Notes: a model not told the origin generated them from the letters alone. DNA of 64,000 nucleotides from Rhodospirillales bacterium (GCA_020356105.1 CP070634.1:3242465-3306464), one strand, 5' to 3'; shown: positions 1 to 10,729, numbered from the stretch's first letter. Program-made: numbers and translations.

Positions 1-552
<552 letters not shown>

Positions 553-738
553 AACGGTCCTGCAAGGAAACGGCTGAGGCGAAAAACGCGGGTTCCCGGC
601 GCTCCGGTCAGGAGGCCGGGCCGGTAAGGAGGAGGCTCAGAAACCGTTTGCAGGACAAGCTGTTCATCGGCTGTAAAGCTAGTGGTGGTCCGCCGCCCCG
701 TCAAGTGTCGCGACCCATGGCCGCCACGAATCCGGCGC

Positions 739-2112
739 TCATGCGCCAGCTACGGTCATGCCGTCCACCCGGATCGTCGGTGCGTTGGTGCCGTAGCGGA
801 ACTCGAGGTCGTTTGCCGGCCGCAGATTGCGGAACATGTCCTTGAGATTGCCGGCGATCGTGACCTCACTGACCGGATAGGTCACCTCGCCGTTCTCGAT
901 CCAGAAGCCCGCGGCGCCGCGGCTGTAGTCACCGGTAATCATATTAACGCCGAAGCCGATCAGCTCGACGACGTAAAAACCGTTCCCGATGTCCTTGATC
1001 AGTTCATGCGGCGTGACATTGCCCGATTTCATGAACAGGTTGGTGACCGAGGGGGACGGCGGCGATGAGACGCCACGCGCCGCGCGGCCCGTGGTCTTGA
1101 GGTTCAGCTGACGCGCCGTCCGCAGATCGAGGACCCAGCTTTTCAGAACGCCGCTCTCGACAAGCTCGAGCGGCGGATTGGCCATGCCCTCCGCGTCGAA
1201 CGGCTTTGAGCGCAGGCCGCGGGTCCGATGCGGATTGTCGACGATGCCGACGCCTTCGCCGAAGACTTGTGTGCCCATGCTGTCTTTGAGAAAGCTTGTG
1301 CCGCGCGCGATCGCGGTCCCGTTGATCGCCGACGCCAGGTGACCGACCAGCGAGTTGGCCACGCGCGGATCGTAGACCACAGGGACCTTGGCCGTTCCCG
1401 GCTTGCGTGCGCCAATCCGGCTGACGGCGCGGACTCCGGCGCGCTCGCCGACCTCCGCCGGGTCGTCAAGATCACTCATGAACACGGCGCTCGAAAACTC
1501 GTAGTCACGCTCCATGGCGCCGCCTTCGCCGGCGACGACGGCCGTGCCGATGCCATGCCGCGACATCGCATAGCTCCCGGCGAATCCGTTCGAGGCGAGC
1601 AACGCGATGTCGGTGAGGCTCCAACTCGCCTCGGCGCCCTCGGAATTGGTGACGCCGTCAACCCCGCGCGCCGCATCCTCGCAAGCCTTGGCGCGTGCTG
1701 TCAGCGTCGCGGCATCAGGCTCGGTATCGTCGCAGATATCCGGGTCGACGAGCGGTCCGGCAAACACCTCTTCGGCGTCCGCCAGGCCGCAATGCGGATC
1801 GTCCGGGACAGCGGCGGCCATGGCCAGCGCCCGCTCCACCAACTCGTCCAGGCTGTCCGCAGTCCAGTCGTTCGAAGAGGCGATCGCTTGCTTGTGGCCC
1901 AGCAGAACCCTGAGACCCAGATCGCTTCCTTCCGCCCGCTCGAGCTTCTCCGGCCGCCCCAGGCGCTGCGCGACAGACAGTGTCACGCCGTTGACCAGCA
2001 ATGCGTCGGCAGCATCCGCCCCGCGCGATCGGGCGCGACTGACCAGATCGTCGAGCAGGGCCAGCGCCTCGTCGGAATCGGTCAGGCTGGTCTGTGGCGG
2101 CTGTTTCGGCAT
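739..2112 (-). CDS. pmbA: PmbA/TldE metalloprotease (TldD/PmbA family)
   Basis: Full-length 457-aa ORF. The PmbA_TldD family sequence is recognisable throughout (…GFYVVELIGFGVNMITGDYSRGAAGFWIENGE…). Confidence 0.9.
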   Translation of the reverse strand: MPKQPPQTSLTDSDEALALLDDLVSRARSRGADAADALLVNGVTLSVAQRLGRPEKLERAEGSDLGLRVLLGHKQAIASSNDWTADSLDELVERALAMAAAVPDDPHCGLADAEEVFAGPLVDPDICDDTEPDAATLTARAKACEDAARGVDGVTNSEGAEASWSLTDIALLASNGFAGSYAMSRHGIGTAVVAGEGGAMERDYEFSSAVFMSDLDDPAEVGERAGVRAVSRIGARKPGTAKVPVVYDPRVANSLVGHLASAINGTAIARGTSFLKDSMGTQVFGEGVGIVDNPHRTRGLRSKPFDAEGMANPPLELVESGVLKSWVLDLRTARQLNLKTTGRAARGVSSPPSPSVTNLFMKSGNVTPHELIKDIGNGFYVVELIGFGVNMITGDYSRGAAGFWIENGEVTYPVSEVTIAGNLKDMFRNLRPANDLEFRYGTNAPTIRVDGMTVAGA

Positions 2113-2408
2113 CTCGCTTGTGCTTGGTTCGCTGGCGTGTGGTGTCGCGGCCCGGTCGCGCCGCGTCCCAACCTATATAGACATCTGCCAAGCCTTGCGC
2201 CAGCGGGGAGTCCTCGGCCGCGGGCGATCTCGGCCTGGTCGTAAAGCAAACTTCCTTGTTGCGCTTGTTCGGTCCCGACCGGATTACGTTGCGTTCACAA
2301 AATAGTGCCTTTGCCGGGTCCCGCCGTTCTGCTTCAATCATATTCGCAGTTGCGCATCTGAACGAATTGCATGACTATCAAGGGGTCAACATCCCGGGAG
2401 GAGAGAGT

Positions 2409-2864
2409 TTGCTTAGGAATGTCATGATTGCGGCCTTGCTGGTCGCGGGAAGCCTGGTCCTCGGTGCCACCGGTCAGTCGGCCCTGGCCGAGGGCAAGGC
2501 CCACTATCTGGCCATCCACGTGGACGAGAACGACAAGACCAAAATGAACATCGCGCTCAACAATGCGGCCAATGTCATCAAATATTACGAGGCGAAAGGC
2601 GAATCGGTGACGATCGAGATCGTCGCCCATGGGCCGGGGCTGCACATGTTCCGCGCGGACACGTCACCGGTGAAGGGCCGCATCGCGGCGATGTCGCTGG
2701 AGCATGAAAACCTTGCCTTTTCGGCGTGCGGCAACACGATAAGAGGCATGACCAAGAAGGAAGGCAAAGCACCGCAACTGATCAGCGAGGCGACCGTGGT
2801 GCCCTCCGGCGTTGTCCGGCTGATGGAGCTGCAAGAGGATGGCTGGACCTATGTCCGGCCTTAA
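2409..2864 (+). CDS. DsrE-family (COG1416-like) protein with N-terminal signal peptide
   Basis: The conserved core is …VTIEIVAHGPGLHMF…FSACGNTI…VVPSGVVRLMELQEDGWTYVRP, after the signal-like MIAALLVAGSLVLGATGQSALA. The start is TTG 2409 or ATG 2424, after GGGAGGAGAG. The track ORF start at 2256 is an upstream over-extension. Confidence 0.7.
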   Translation: MLRNVMIAALLVAGSLVLGATGQSALAEGKAHYLAIHVDENDKTKMNIALNNAANVIKYYEAKGESVTIEIVAHGPGLHMFRADTSPVKGRIAAMSLEHENLAFSACGNTIRGMTKKEGKAPQLISEATVVPSGVVRLMELQEDGWTYVRP

Positions 2865-2942
2865 ACCTGATGTGTGAGAGAGGGGAAGACCCTCGCAGAT
2901 CTACGGCGGGGCCCAGGCCCCGCCGTTTTGCGTCGGCGGTCC

Positions 2943-4451
2943 TTATTTCCAGATCGGCCTGCCGTCGCCGGGCAGACCGAGCTCGGGCCACATCGCCGAG
3001 ACCTTCTCGATCACCGACTCCTCCATGCGGATCTTGCGGCCCCATTCGCGCCGTGTTTCCGGGGGCCACTTGTTGGTCGCATCCAGCCCGATCTTCGAGC
3101 CGAGGCCGGACTCCGGCGATGCGAAATCCAGGTAGTCGATCGGCGTGTTCTCGACAAGGGTGATGTCGCGCGCCGGATCCATCCGCGTCGAGATCGCCCA
3201 CATGACGTCGGTCCACGACCGCGCGTCGATGTCGTCATCCACGACGACGACCCATTTGGTGTACATGAACTGCCGCAGATACGACCAGACACCCATCATC
3301 ACCCGCTTGGCATGCCCCGGATAGGCCTTCTTCATCGAGACCACTGCGATCCGGTACGAGCAGCCCTCTGGCGGCAGCCAGAAATCGACGATCTCGGGGA
3401 ATTGCTGCTGCAGCAATGGCACGAACACCTCGTTGAGAGCCTCGCCAAGAATGCTCGGCTCGTCGGGCGGCCGGCCGGTAAAGGTGGTCAGATAGATCGG
3501 GTCGCGGCGCATGGTGATCGCGGAGATCCGGAACACCGGGAATTGCTCCACCGAATTGTAATAGCCGGTATGGTCGCCGTAAGGTCCCTCGTCGGCGAAC
3601 TCGTCCAGGGAGACGTGCCCTTCGAGCACGATCTCGGCATCGGCCGGAACTTTCAGCGGTACCGTCCTGCAATCGACGAGGGCGACCTTGCTGCCCCGCA
3701 GAAGCCCGGCGAACTGGTACTCCGACAGCGTGTCGGGTACCGGCGTGACCGCGGCGAGCAGGATGCCCGGATCGGCACCGATCACCACCGCCGCCGGGAA
3801 CGGTTCCGTCCTTTCCGCCCTCCAGCGCGCATGGTGCTGGGCCCCGCCGCGATGCTTCAGCCAGCGCATCAGAGTCGTGTTCCGACCGGTCACCTGCATG
3901 CGGTATATGCCGAGATTGTGGTCATCGCTGCGGTGCCGGCCCGGACCCTTTGTCACCACCACCGGCCAGGTGATGAGCGGCCCCGGCTCGCCCGGCCAGC
4001 AGGTCTGGATCGGTAGCCTGGCAAGATCGATCTCACCGTCCTGCAGCACGATCTCCTGGCACGCCGCCCGACCGGTTGATTTCGGCTTCATCGCCATCAC
4101 CGTCTTGACCATCGGCAGCATGTCGATCGCCTCGCGCCAACCACCCGGCGGCTCGGGCTGGCGCAGCAGGGCCAGCATTTCGCCCAGCTGGCGCAATTCA
4201 TCGGGCTTGCGCTGCATGCCCAACGCGACCCGCTCCACGGTACCGAAGAGATTGGCCAGCACCGGCATGTCGTAGCGCCGGCCGTCGCCGTCGACGACGT
4301 TTTCGAAGAGCACCGCCGGACCACCGTGGGCCAGCAGCCGCGTCTGGATCTCGGTCATCTCGAGGTGGGGTGATACCGGCGCGGAGACACGGACAAGCTT
4401 GCTGTTCGATTCCAGGAGCTGGACGAAGTCGCGTAGGGACGAGTAGGACAT
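2943..4451 (-). CDS. ubiD: UbiD-family decarboxylase (4-hydroxy-3-polyprenylbenzoate decarboxylase)
   Basis: 502-aa ORF with a UbiD-type N-terminus ([35 protein letters not shown]…) and full-length family similarity. Confidence 0.9.
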   Translation of the reverse strand: MSYSSLRDFVQLLESNSKLVRVSAPVSPHLEMTEIQTRLLAHGGPAVLFENVVDGDGRRYDMPVLANLFGTVERVALGMQRKPDELRQLGEMLALLRQPEPPGGWREAIDMLPMVKTVMAMKPKSTGRAACQEIVLQDGEIDLARLPIQTCWPGEPGPLITWPVVVTKGPGRHRSDDHNLGIYRMQVTGRNTTLMRWLKHRGGAQHHARWRAERTEPFPAAVVIGADPGILLAAVTPVPDTLSEYQFAGLLRGSKVALVDCRTVPLKVPADAEIVLEGHVSLDEFADEGPYGDHTGYYNSVEQFPVFRISAITMRRDPIYLTTFTGRPPDEPSILGEALNEVFVPLLQQQFPEIVDFWLPPEGCSYRIAVVSMKKAYPGHAKRVMMGVWSYLRQFMYTKWVVVVDDDIDARSWTDVMWAISTRMDPARDITLVENTPIDYLDFASPESGLGSKIGLDATNKWPPETRREWGRKIRMEESVIEKVSAMWPELGLPGDGRPIWK

Positions 4452-4581
4452 GATTCCGGCCGGAGCTGTGCGTGCGATCCTATACAGACCCTCGCGGGCG
4501 TGCCGTCAAGGGTTCCGGTGGTTCAATGACCGATTATCATCGTGTATGAATGGCTCCGCCGCAAAATAGAGAGGGAAGGCC

Positions 4582-4662
4582 GTGTACATCACGCGCACCG
4601 TCGACGAAGACGATCGGGCCGACTTGCCGCAAGTCGCGGCGATCGATGTGCGCCATGCCTGA
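4582..4662 (+). CDS. 26-codon upstream ORF whose stop overlaps the next gene's ATG (ATGCCTGA)
   Basis: GTG at 4582 lies 2 nt after GAGGGAAGG. It translates to (V/M)YITRTVDEDDRADLPQVAAIDVRHA*. 22 of 26 third codon positions are G/C, which is coding-like. A TAG at 4567 closes the frame upstream. Confidence 0.25.
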   Translation: MYITRTVDEDDRADLPQVAAIDVRHA

Positions 4663-5365
4663 GCGCACGGCCAAGCTGAACCGCGCGCGCGGCTATCCGT
4701 ACGCCATCCCGCCCGGCTCGTTTACGTGGCGCGGCGGATCTGTGGCGCCGTTCGAGCCGGGGGCGTGCGACGGGCGCACCCCGGTCCTTGCGGTCGGCTC
4801 CAACCAGTCGCCGCAGCAATTGACCCGGAAGTTCGGCGCTAGCGGGGAAATCCCGGTGCAGCGTGCACGGTTGTCGGAGTTCGACATCTATTATTCGGCG
4901 CATGTCACGGTCTATGGGTCGGTGCCCGCGATGCTGCAGCGCGCGCCCGGAACGGCCGTCACCTTGTCGGTCACCTGGCTCGACGACCGGCAGCTCGAGA
5001 TCATGCACGACACCGAATTGCGGGCCGGAAACTATCGCTACGCAGTGATCGAGAATATCGATCTTGCGCTCGATTGCGGGAAAAGCCTCGGGGACATTCA
5101 CCTCTATGTCGGGGTGAACGGGCAGCTCATGCATGAGGGCAACGCGGTCGCGCTGCAGGTTGTGCCGGCCGAGGGCCGGCGCCCGAAGGCATTGACCACG
5201 GCCGAGGTGCTGGAAATCGTACGTGAGCGGGTTGCGCCGAACGTCGGCGCGCAGGACTTCGTCCTCAAGCTCGTCGACGACCCGGGATTTCGGACCGCCT
5301 GCACCGAGGCCATCGCAGTCGACTCGGTGCCGTTCGCGCATCCGACCAGCGATCCGAAGATCTGA
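4655..5365 (+). CDS. Uncharacterised protein, possible gamma-glutamylcyclotransferase-like fold
   Basis: ATG at 4655. VLAVGSNQSPQQL resembles the YGSN loop of GGCT/AIG2-like proteins. A later …VTWLDDRQLEIMHDTE… resembles the LD..E segment. The track's upstream extension from 4550 is R/S/T/C-rich and looks non-coding. Confidence 0.45.
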   Translation: MPERTAKLNRARGYPYAIPPGSFTWRGGSVAPFEPGACDGRTPVLAVGSNQSPQQLTRKFGASGEIPVQRARLSEFDIYYSAHVTVYGSVPAMLQRAPGTAVTLSVTWLDDRQLEIMHDTELRAGNYRYAVIENIDLALDCGKSLGDIHLYVGVNGQLMHEGNAVALQVVPAEGRRPKALTTAEVLEIVRERVAPNVGAQDFVLKLVDDPGFRTACTEAIAVDSVPFAHPTSDPKI

Positions 5366-5367
5366 GA

Positions 5368-5387
5368 CCGGCGGGCCCGCCCGCCGG
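5368..5387. terminator. GC hairpin between convergent genes (no U-tract)
   Basis: CCGGCGGGC/GCCCGCCGG inverted repeat lying between the stop at 5365 (+) and the stop at 5450 (-). Confidence 0.2.
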
Positions 5388-5449
5388 CACAGGACGCGGT
5401 TCCCCATATGCATCCGAGGGCTCGTCGGCCGAGCCTCGGATGCGACTGG

Positions 5450-5845
5450 TCAGGACCCGGAATGCCGCAGGTTGTGGGCCGCAATGACGGTGCCGTCCTC
5501 GACGACGACCTCGACCTTCCAGTCCCCCATCCATTCCGACGGCAGCGTCTTCTGCGAGTATACCCTCCAGCGCGGCCCGCGGATCTTGAATGACAGTTCG
5601 AATCTGACCTCGCCATTGTAGATCCAGCGGTGGCTGGCCGTGGTTCCCTCGAAGTCGCTGAACTCGGTAAAAAAGAACACGCTGCCGGTGTTGCTGTCGA
5701 TCGTGGTAATCTCGTCGACCGGCTCGCGGTCGAGAACCGCCGAGGTGAACTGTGCGCGGGTTACCGTGCCTTCCGCCGCGAATGCCGCGCTCGTCGCGAC
5801 CGCCATGAACGCGATGACCGCGAGCGATCCGATTAGCCGTTTCAT
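5450..5845 (-). CDS. DUF2914 domain protein, secreted
   Basis: Signal peptide MKRLIGSLAVIAFMAVATSAAFA. The DUF2914-like core is …RAQFTSAVLDREPVD…HRWIYNGE…GPRWRVYSQKTL…GDWKVEVV. ATG at 5845 is preferred over the track TTG at 5872. Confidence 0.7.
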   Translation of the reverse strand: MKRLIGSLAVIAFMAVATSAAFAAEGTVTRAQFTSAVLDREPVDEITTIDSNTGSVFFFTEFSDFEGTTASHRWIYNGEVRFELSFKIRGPRWRVYSQKTLPSEWMGDWKVEVVVEDGTVIAAHNLRHSGS

Positions 5846-5888
5846 CGGGTCCTTCCTCCATAGTCGGTACAAATACCTTCAAATGCCT

Positions 5889-5927
5889 GTGTAGCGCATA
5901 CAGATTAAGCGGTGCTTAACGCTACAC
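5889..5927. repeat. Nested palindrome: GTGTAGCG…CGCTACAC enclosing TTAAGC-GGT-GCTTAA
   Basis: The outer arms are a perfect 8 bp (5889..5896 / 5920..5927). The inner arms are a perfect 6 bp with a 3-nt spacer. It lies in the AT-richer divergent intergenic region. Confidence 0.6.
5905..5920. promoter_or_regulatory. Perfect CtrA-type box TTAA-N7-TTAAC
   Basis: TTAAGCGGTGCTTAAC lies 60 bp upstream of the DUF2914 start and 95 bp upstream of the DUF302 start. Confidence 0.35.
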
Positions 5928-6014
5928 CGCGGCGTGCCGTGACAAGCTGGCTCCAATCCGCTATCACAGGCGGCGCCGGCGGCCGGCCGGCCGTGGATGC
6001 AACAGCGAGGTTCC

Positions 6015-6401
6015 ATGAGTTACCATTTCAGCAAGACCGTCGACCGGCCTTTCGAACAGGCCATCGACGACGTCACGCAGGCCCTGCAGAGCGAGGGATT
6101 CGGCGTCCTGACGACGATCGACGTGAAGACGACCTTGAAGAAGAAACTGGATGTCGATTTCCCGCCCTATACCATTCTTGGCGCCTGCAACCCGCAATAT
6201 GCCTATCGTGCGCTGCAGGCCGAGAGCAAGATCGGCACCATGCTGCCCTGCAACGTGATCGTGCGGCAGAACGAGGCTGGCAGCGTCGAGATCTCCGCGG
6301 TCGATCCGATCGCATCCATGGCGGCCATCGATAATCCGGAACTCGGCGAGATCGCGACGACGGTCCAGGCGCTTCTCAAGAAGGTTGTCGACAAAGTCTA
6401 G
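6015..6401 (+). CDS. DUF302 domain protein
   Basis: MSYHFSKTVDRPFEQAIDDVTQALQSEGFGVLTTIDVKTTLKKKL…ILGACNP…MLPCNVIV is typical of DUF302. A GAGG SD precedes the ATG at 6015. Confidence 0.75.
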   Translation: MSYHFSKTVDRPFEQAIDDVTQALQSEGFGVLTTIDVKTTLKKKLDVDFPPYTILGACNPQYAYRALQAESKIGTMLPCNVIVRQNEAGSVEISAVDPIASMAAIDNPELGEIATTVQALLKKVVDKV

Positions 6402-6422
6402 GCGTGCTTGACCGGCCGGTGT

Positions 6423-7361
6423 TCAGACCCGGCCGGACAGGACGATCCCGGCGAGCAGGATAAGACCGAACCACTTGTTCGACTTGAACTTGGCCAAGCA
6501 ATCGCGGGGCGAGTCGATATCGACCGTTGCGGCCTGCCAGGCAAGCTGCATTGCCGCTGCAGCAAGGCCGGCATAGTAGGGCCAGCTCAAATCCGCGAGC
6601 CAGCCCGAGGCGCTGAGCAGCAGCACCGTGATGGCGTAAAACGCCCAGAGGAAGGGGCGCGTGTCGCGGCCAAGCCGCCGCGCGGACGATTTGACGCCGA
6701 TCAACGCGTCGTCTTCCTTGTCCTGGTGGGCGTAGATCGTATCGTATCCCAGCGTCCAGAAGAATCCAGCGGCGTACATCGCCAGCGGCGCACCATCGAG
6801 GCTGCCCGCTACCGCAGCCCAACCGACCAGGGCGCCCCAGTTGAAGGTCAGGCCAAGCCATGCCTGCGGCCACCAGGTGATCCGTTTCATGAACGGATAG
6901 GGCAAGACGAGCGCCATCGAAGCGACCCCGACGGCGATCGCAAAGGGATTGAATGTCGCAAGCACGAGTAGGCCCGCCAGCAGCAGCAGGGCCATGAACA
7001 CGAACGCGCCGCGCACGCTGATCTGACCGCTGGGGATCGGTCGTGTGGCGGTCCGTGCGACCTTCGCGTCGAATTCGCGGTCGGTGATGTCGTTCCAGGT
7101 GCAACCGGCGCCCCGCATCACCGTGGCGCCAAGGGCAAACAACAGGAAATACCAGGGGTCGGGCCAGGCCGGCCGCGGATCCGAGGCCGCGGCGAGGGCG
7201 GTGCTCCACCAGCACGGCAGCAACAGCAGCCAGGTTCCGATCGGCCTGTCCAGCCGCGCCAGCCGGATCCATGGGCGCGATTGTTTGGGGGCCAGCCGGT
7301 CGACCCAGCCGGCGCTCGGGATGTCGGACGCATCTGCTCCGCTTTGTGCGCCGTCATTCAT
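6423..7361 (-). CDS. ubiA: 4-hydroxybenzoate polyprenyltransferase
   Basis: UbiA prenyltransferase Asp-rich motifs NDITDREFDAKVARTATRPIPSG and YAHQDKEDD. Polytopic membrane protein. Confidence 0.9.
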   Translation of the reverse strand: MNDGAQSGADASDIPSAGWVDRLAPKQSRPWIRLARLDRPIGTWLLLLPCWWSTALAAASDPRPAWPDPWYFLLFALGATVMRGAGCTWNDITDREFDAKVARTATRPIPSGQISVRGAFVFMALLLLAGLLVLATFNPFAIAVGVASMALVLPYPFMKRITWWPQAWLGLTFNWGALVGWAAVAGSLDGAPLAMYAAGFFWTLGYDTIYAHQDKEDDALIGVKSSARRLGRDTRPFLWAFYAITVLLLSASGWLADLSWPYYAGLAAAAMQLAWQAATVDIDSPRDCLAKFKSNKWFGLILLAGIVLSGRV

Positions 7362-7429
7362 CGGCTAATCTTGCCGCGCCGGCGTCCGCCGGACAAGCAC
7401 CGATGGGCGGCAGAACGCAGGAATCGAAA

Positions 7430-8212
7430 ATGACCGACAGGCCCGATACGCGGCTGTTTGTGGAGGATCGGCTTGCTGCCGGAACCCGGATCGTGCTCGG
7501 TCGCGGCCAGACGCACTACCTGGCAAATGTGTTGCGGCTTGGGCCGGGCGCCGTCGTCGCGCTGTTCAACGGGCGGCACGGCGAATGGCAAGCGCGAATC
7601 GAATCCCTGCGGAAAGGCGGCGGGATCGTGGCGGTGGAAACGCTCTGCCGTGAACAGCACCGGGAGCCCGATCTGTGGCTCGTATTCGCTCCGGTCAAGC
7701 GCGTGCCGCTCGCCTTCATTGTGCAGAAGGCCACGGAGCTTGGCGTTTCCGAACTGATTCCCGTGGTCACCCGCCGCACCGTCGTCGGTCGGATCAAGCG
7801 TGAGCGGATGGAGGCAACAGCGATCGAGGCGGCGGAGCAGAGCGAGCGCTTGACCGTCCCGCGGGTCCGTGACGCGGAGCCGATGATGCGCGTATTCGAT
7901 GCCTGGCCGACGGGTCGGCCACTGCTGTTGTGTGCCGAATCCGGTCCTGCCGAGCCGATTCAAGACGCTCTTCGGCAGTTGGAGACGGACACGCCGGGAG
8001 CGATCCTGATCGGGCCCGAAGGCGGTTTCGAAGAGACGGAGCTTGACGCCCTGCGGAAACTCCCTTTTGTTACCGCGGTCGGCTTGGGGCCACGCATCCT
8101 TCGGGCCGACACGGCGGCGCTGGCGGCGCTTGCATGCTGGCAGTCCGCGCTCGGAGACTGGCGTCTGAAGCCGGACGGGCGAATGCATGAGACTGCGAAC
8201 GGGCGGGATTGA
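7430..8212 (+). CDS. rsmE: 16S rRNA (uracil1498-N3)-methyltransferase
   Basis: RsmE N-terminus [15 protein letters not shown]… and the SPOUT knot motif [13 protein letters not shown]. The ATG at 7430 follows AGGAATCGAAA. Confidence 0.85.
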   Translation: MTDRPDTRLFVEDRLAAGTRIVLGRGQTHYLANVLRLGPGAVVALFNGRHGEWQARIESLRKGGGIVAVETLCREQHREPDLWLVFAPVKRVPLAFIVQKATELGVSELIPVVTRRTVVGRIKRERMEATAIEAAEQSERLTVPRVRDAEPMMRVFDAWPTGRPLLLCAESGPAEPIQDALRQLETDTPGAILIGPEGGFEETELDALRKLPFVTAVGLGPRILRADTAALAALACWQSALGDWRLKPDGRMHETANGRD

Positions 8213-8217
8213 GCAAG

Positions 8218-9585
8218 ATGTCAGGACCATCGAGCGCCGGCGGCAGCCCGGTAACCAGCAAACGGCAACTCATCGAGTACCTGGAGCGCGGCTGCAAGCC
8301 GCGCGAGGCCTGGCGGATCGGCACCGAACACGAGAAATTCGTCTACGATCTGAAGGGTCATCGCCCGCTTGCCTATGAAGGTCGCCCCGGGATCCGCGCG
8401 CTGCTCGAGGGATTGGAGCGGTACGGCTGGGAGCCCGTTTTAGAGAACGCAAATATCATCGCGCTGCGCATGGCGGACGGCTGTTCGATCACACTTGAGC
8501 CGGGTGGCCAGTTCGAGCTGTCGGGCGCGCCGCTGCAGAACATCCATCAGACCTGCAGCGAGGTGAATGAGCATCTGCGGCAGGTCAAGGAGGTCTGCGG
8601 CGAGATGGGGGCGGGCATGATCGGCCTCGGGTTCCAGCCCAAGGCCGGCCGGGAGGACATCTCCTGGATGCCGAAGGGTCGCTACGCGATCATGCGGCGC
8701 TATATGCCGACCCGTGGCGCGCTGGGTCTGGACATGATGACCCGGACCTGCACGGTGCAGGTCAATCTCGATTTCTCGTCCGAGGCCGACATGGTGAAGA
8801 AGTTCCGTGTCGCGCTGGCCCTCCAGCCGGTGGCAACGGCCCTGTTCGCCAATTCGCCGTTCAGCGAAGGCAGGCCCAACGGCTATCTGAGCTATCGCAG
8901 CCAGGTCTGGACCGATACCGACCCGGACCGCTCCGGCATGCTCCCGTTCGTGTTCGAGGACGGGTTCGGCTTCGAGCGCTGGGTCGATTATCTGCTCGAC
9001 GTGCCAATGTACTTCGTCTACCGGGACGGGTCGTATATTGATGTCGCCGGCCGGTCGTTCCGGGATTTCATGGCCGGTCGCCTCGAGGGCTTCGACGGTG
9101 AGCCTCCCGGAATCGGTGACTGGGCCGACCACATTACCACCGCCTTCCCGGAAGTCCGGCTCAAGCACTACTTGGAGATGCGCGGCGCCGATGGCGGCCC
9201 GTGGGGGCGATTGTGCGCATTGCCGGCCCTTTGGGTGGGCCTTCTGTACGACGATGCGGCGCTGGAGGCGGCTTGGGATTTGTGCCGCGACTGGTCGATG
9301 GAGGAGCGCGAGATGCTGCGGGCCGAGGCGCCCCGCACCGCGCTGAAGACCCCGTTTCGGGCCGGCACGCTGCAGGATCTGGCGAAGGAGGTCCTGGCGG
9401 TGGCCAGGCAGGGCCTGACCTCCCGTGCCGCGCCGGATCATTTCGGCGAAGACGAAGCACATTTCCTCAATGAGTTGCACGAAATCGCCGAAACCGGGAT
9501 CACCCCGGCCGAACAATTGCTCGACGCGTACGAGCATCGCTGGAACGGCAGCATCGAGCCTCTGTTCGACGAGTACGCCTACTAG
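8218..9585 (+). CDS. gshA: Glutamate-cysteine ligase, plant/alphaproteobacterial type (GCS2)
   Basis: …[10 protein letters not shown]…[15 protein letters not shown]…[10 protein letters not shown]…[15 protein letters not shown]… matches GCS2-family GshA. The start is ATG 8218, or TTG 8209 overlapping the rsmE stop. Confidence 0.9.
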   Translation: MSGPSSAGGSPVTSKRQLIEYLERGCKPREAWRIGTEHEKFVYDLKGHRPLAYEGRPGIRALLEGLERYGWEPVLENANIIALRMADGCSITLEPGGQFELSGAPLQNIHQTCSEVNEHLRQVKEVCGEMGAGMIGLGFQPKAGREDISWMPKGRYAIMRRYMPTRGALGLDMMTRTCTVQVNLDFSSEADMVKKFRVALALQPVATALFANSPFSEGRPNGYLSYRSQVWTDTDPDRSGMLPFVFEDGFGFERWVDYLLDVPMYFVYRDGSYIDVAGRSFRDFMAGRLEGFDGEPPGIGDWADHITTAFPEVRLKHYLEMRGADGGPWGRLCALPALWVGLLYDDAALEAAWDLCRDWSMEEREMLRAEAPRTALKTPFRAGTLQDLAKEVLAVARQGLTSRAAPDHFGEDEAHFLNELHEIAETGITPAEQLLDAYEHRWNGSIEPLFDEYAY

Positions 9586-9686
9586 GATCCGCAGGCATCA
9601 CGGTCGCGAAACCGTGGCCGGTCGACGGCCGTCCGGCACGGGCCACCGGCCCGCGCGCCCGCTACCGAAAGGTTGTCCCGGATCTG

Positions 9687-10628
9687 TTAGCCACCGCGGA
9701 AATACAACAGCGCGAATACGGTCGCCACGGCAATCACGGTCGACAACGCTGTGGACGAGCTCGCCAGCGCCGCGCCCTGCTGCGACCGGCTGGCCATGTT
9801 GTGCATGTTGAAGCCGACCGGCATCGCCGCGAGCAACGCCGCCACCCAGGCCCAATTGTTGAGGCCGAGCAGCGGCCCGGCTATGAACCAGACAATCAGC
9901 GGGTGGGCGACCAGCTTCAATGCGGACACCGCGGCCGCTTCGGGCATCTGGCCGGCGAACCGGTAGCGGACCATCATGCCGCCGAGACCGAACAGCGCCG
10001 CCGGCAGAACCGCGTTCCCCAAGATTCGGAGGATGCTGTTCACCGTACCGGGCAATTGTCCCGGGTCGATCGCGCTGTAGAGAACCCCTGCCACCAGCGC
10101 GATGAAGATCGGGTTCTTGGCCTGGCTCAGCAGGGTCTGCCAGATCGCGCCGGGAAGCTCGCCGGCCCGGCCCGCGCGAATCCGGCTGACCAAGGTCAAC
10201 AGGATCGCCATGATCAGCCCGTGCAGGCCGATGATGAGCAGCAGCGGCGTGACCCATCGCGTCCCGAGCAGCAGCAGAACCGCCGGCACGCCTAGCAGGA
10301 TGACATTGGCGTGCGACGCGCCGACCGCAAAGATGTGCTGCTCGGCCCGTTCCTTTGCGAACGCGAATTTCGCGACGACGATGCCCAGCAACATGACCAG
10401 CAACGCGCCGCCGTAGTACCCGAGCAGGAGTTTCCAGATGAATTGCAGATTGCCGGGAATATCGCTGATCGCCAGGTTGCGGAATATCAGGGCGGGCAGC
10501 GCCACGGCGAAGACGAATCTGGTCACGCCTTCATTCGCGGCCTGGCTGACGAAATCGAATCGCACGGCCGCGTATCCGAGGCCGACGATGATCATTACGG
10601 GGAGCATCTGCAGGACGATCGCTTCCAT
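9687..10628 (-). CDS. AEC-family (auxin efflux carrier-like) transporter
   Basis: 313 aa with about 10 hydrophobic segments and an AEC/membrane transport family pattern. AAGGAGAG SD before the ATG. Confidence 0.75.
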   Translation of the reverse strand: MEAIVLQMLPVMIIVGLGYAAVRFDFVSQAANEGVTRFVFAVALPALIFRNLAISDIPGNLQFIWKLLLGYYGGALLVMLLGIVVAKFAFAKERAEQHIFAVGASHANVILLGVPAVLLLLGTRWVTPLLLIIGLHGLIMAILLTLVSRIRAGRAGELPGAIWQTLLSQAKNPIFIALVAGVLYSAIDPGQLPGTVNSILRILGNAVLPAALFGLGGMMVRYRFAGQMPEAAAVSALKLVAHPLIVWFIAGPLLGLNNWAWVAALLAAMPVGFNMHNMASRSQQGAALASSSTALSTVIAVATVFALLYFRGG

Positions 10629-10729
10629 ATGGGCTCTCCTTTACACCGCCGGATCACGTGCCGGCAGGCGACATGGGTCCGCGCGCTGGCGCCTCGGGGG
10701 GCCAGCCGCCCAAGCATCGTCCCGCTGCG

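Noticed and set aside
4452-4456. GANTC sites directly abutting start codons (GAATC-ATG at ubiD 4452 and tldD 13016; AGGAATC at rsmE 7421) as possible CcrM regulatory sites
   Set aside because: At tldD and rsmE the GAATC is part of a GAGGA/AGGA SD-like context. Single sites occur at roughly chance frequency, so I only kept the clustered sites in the ccrM promoter.
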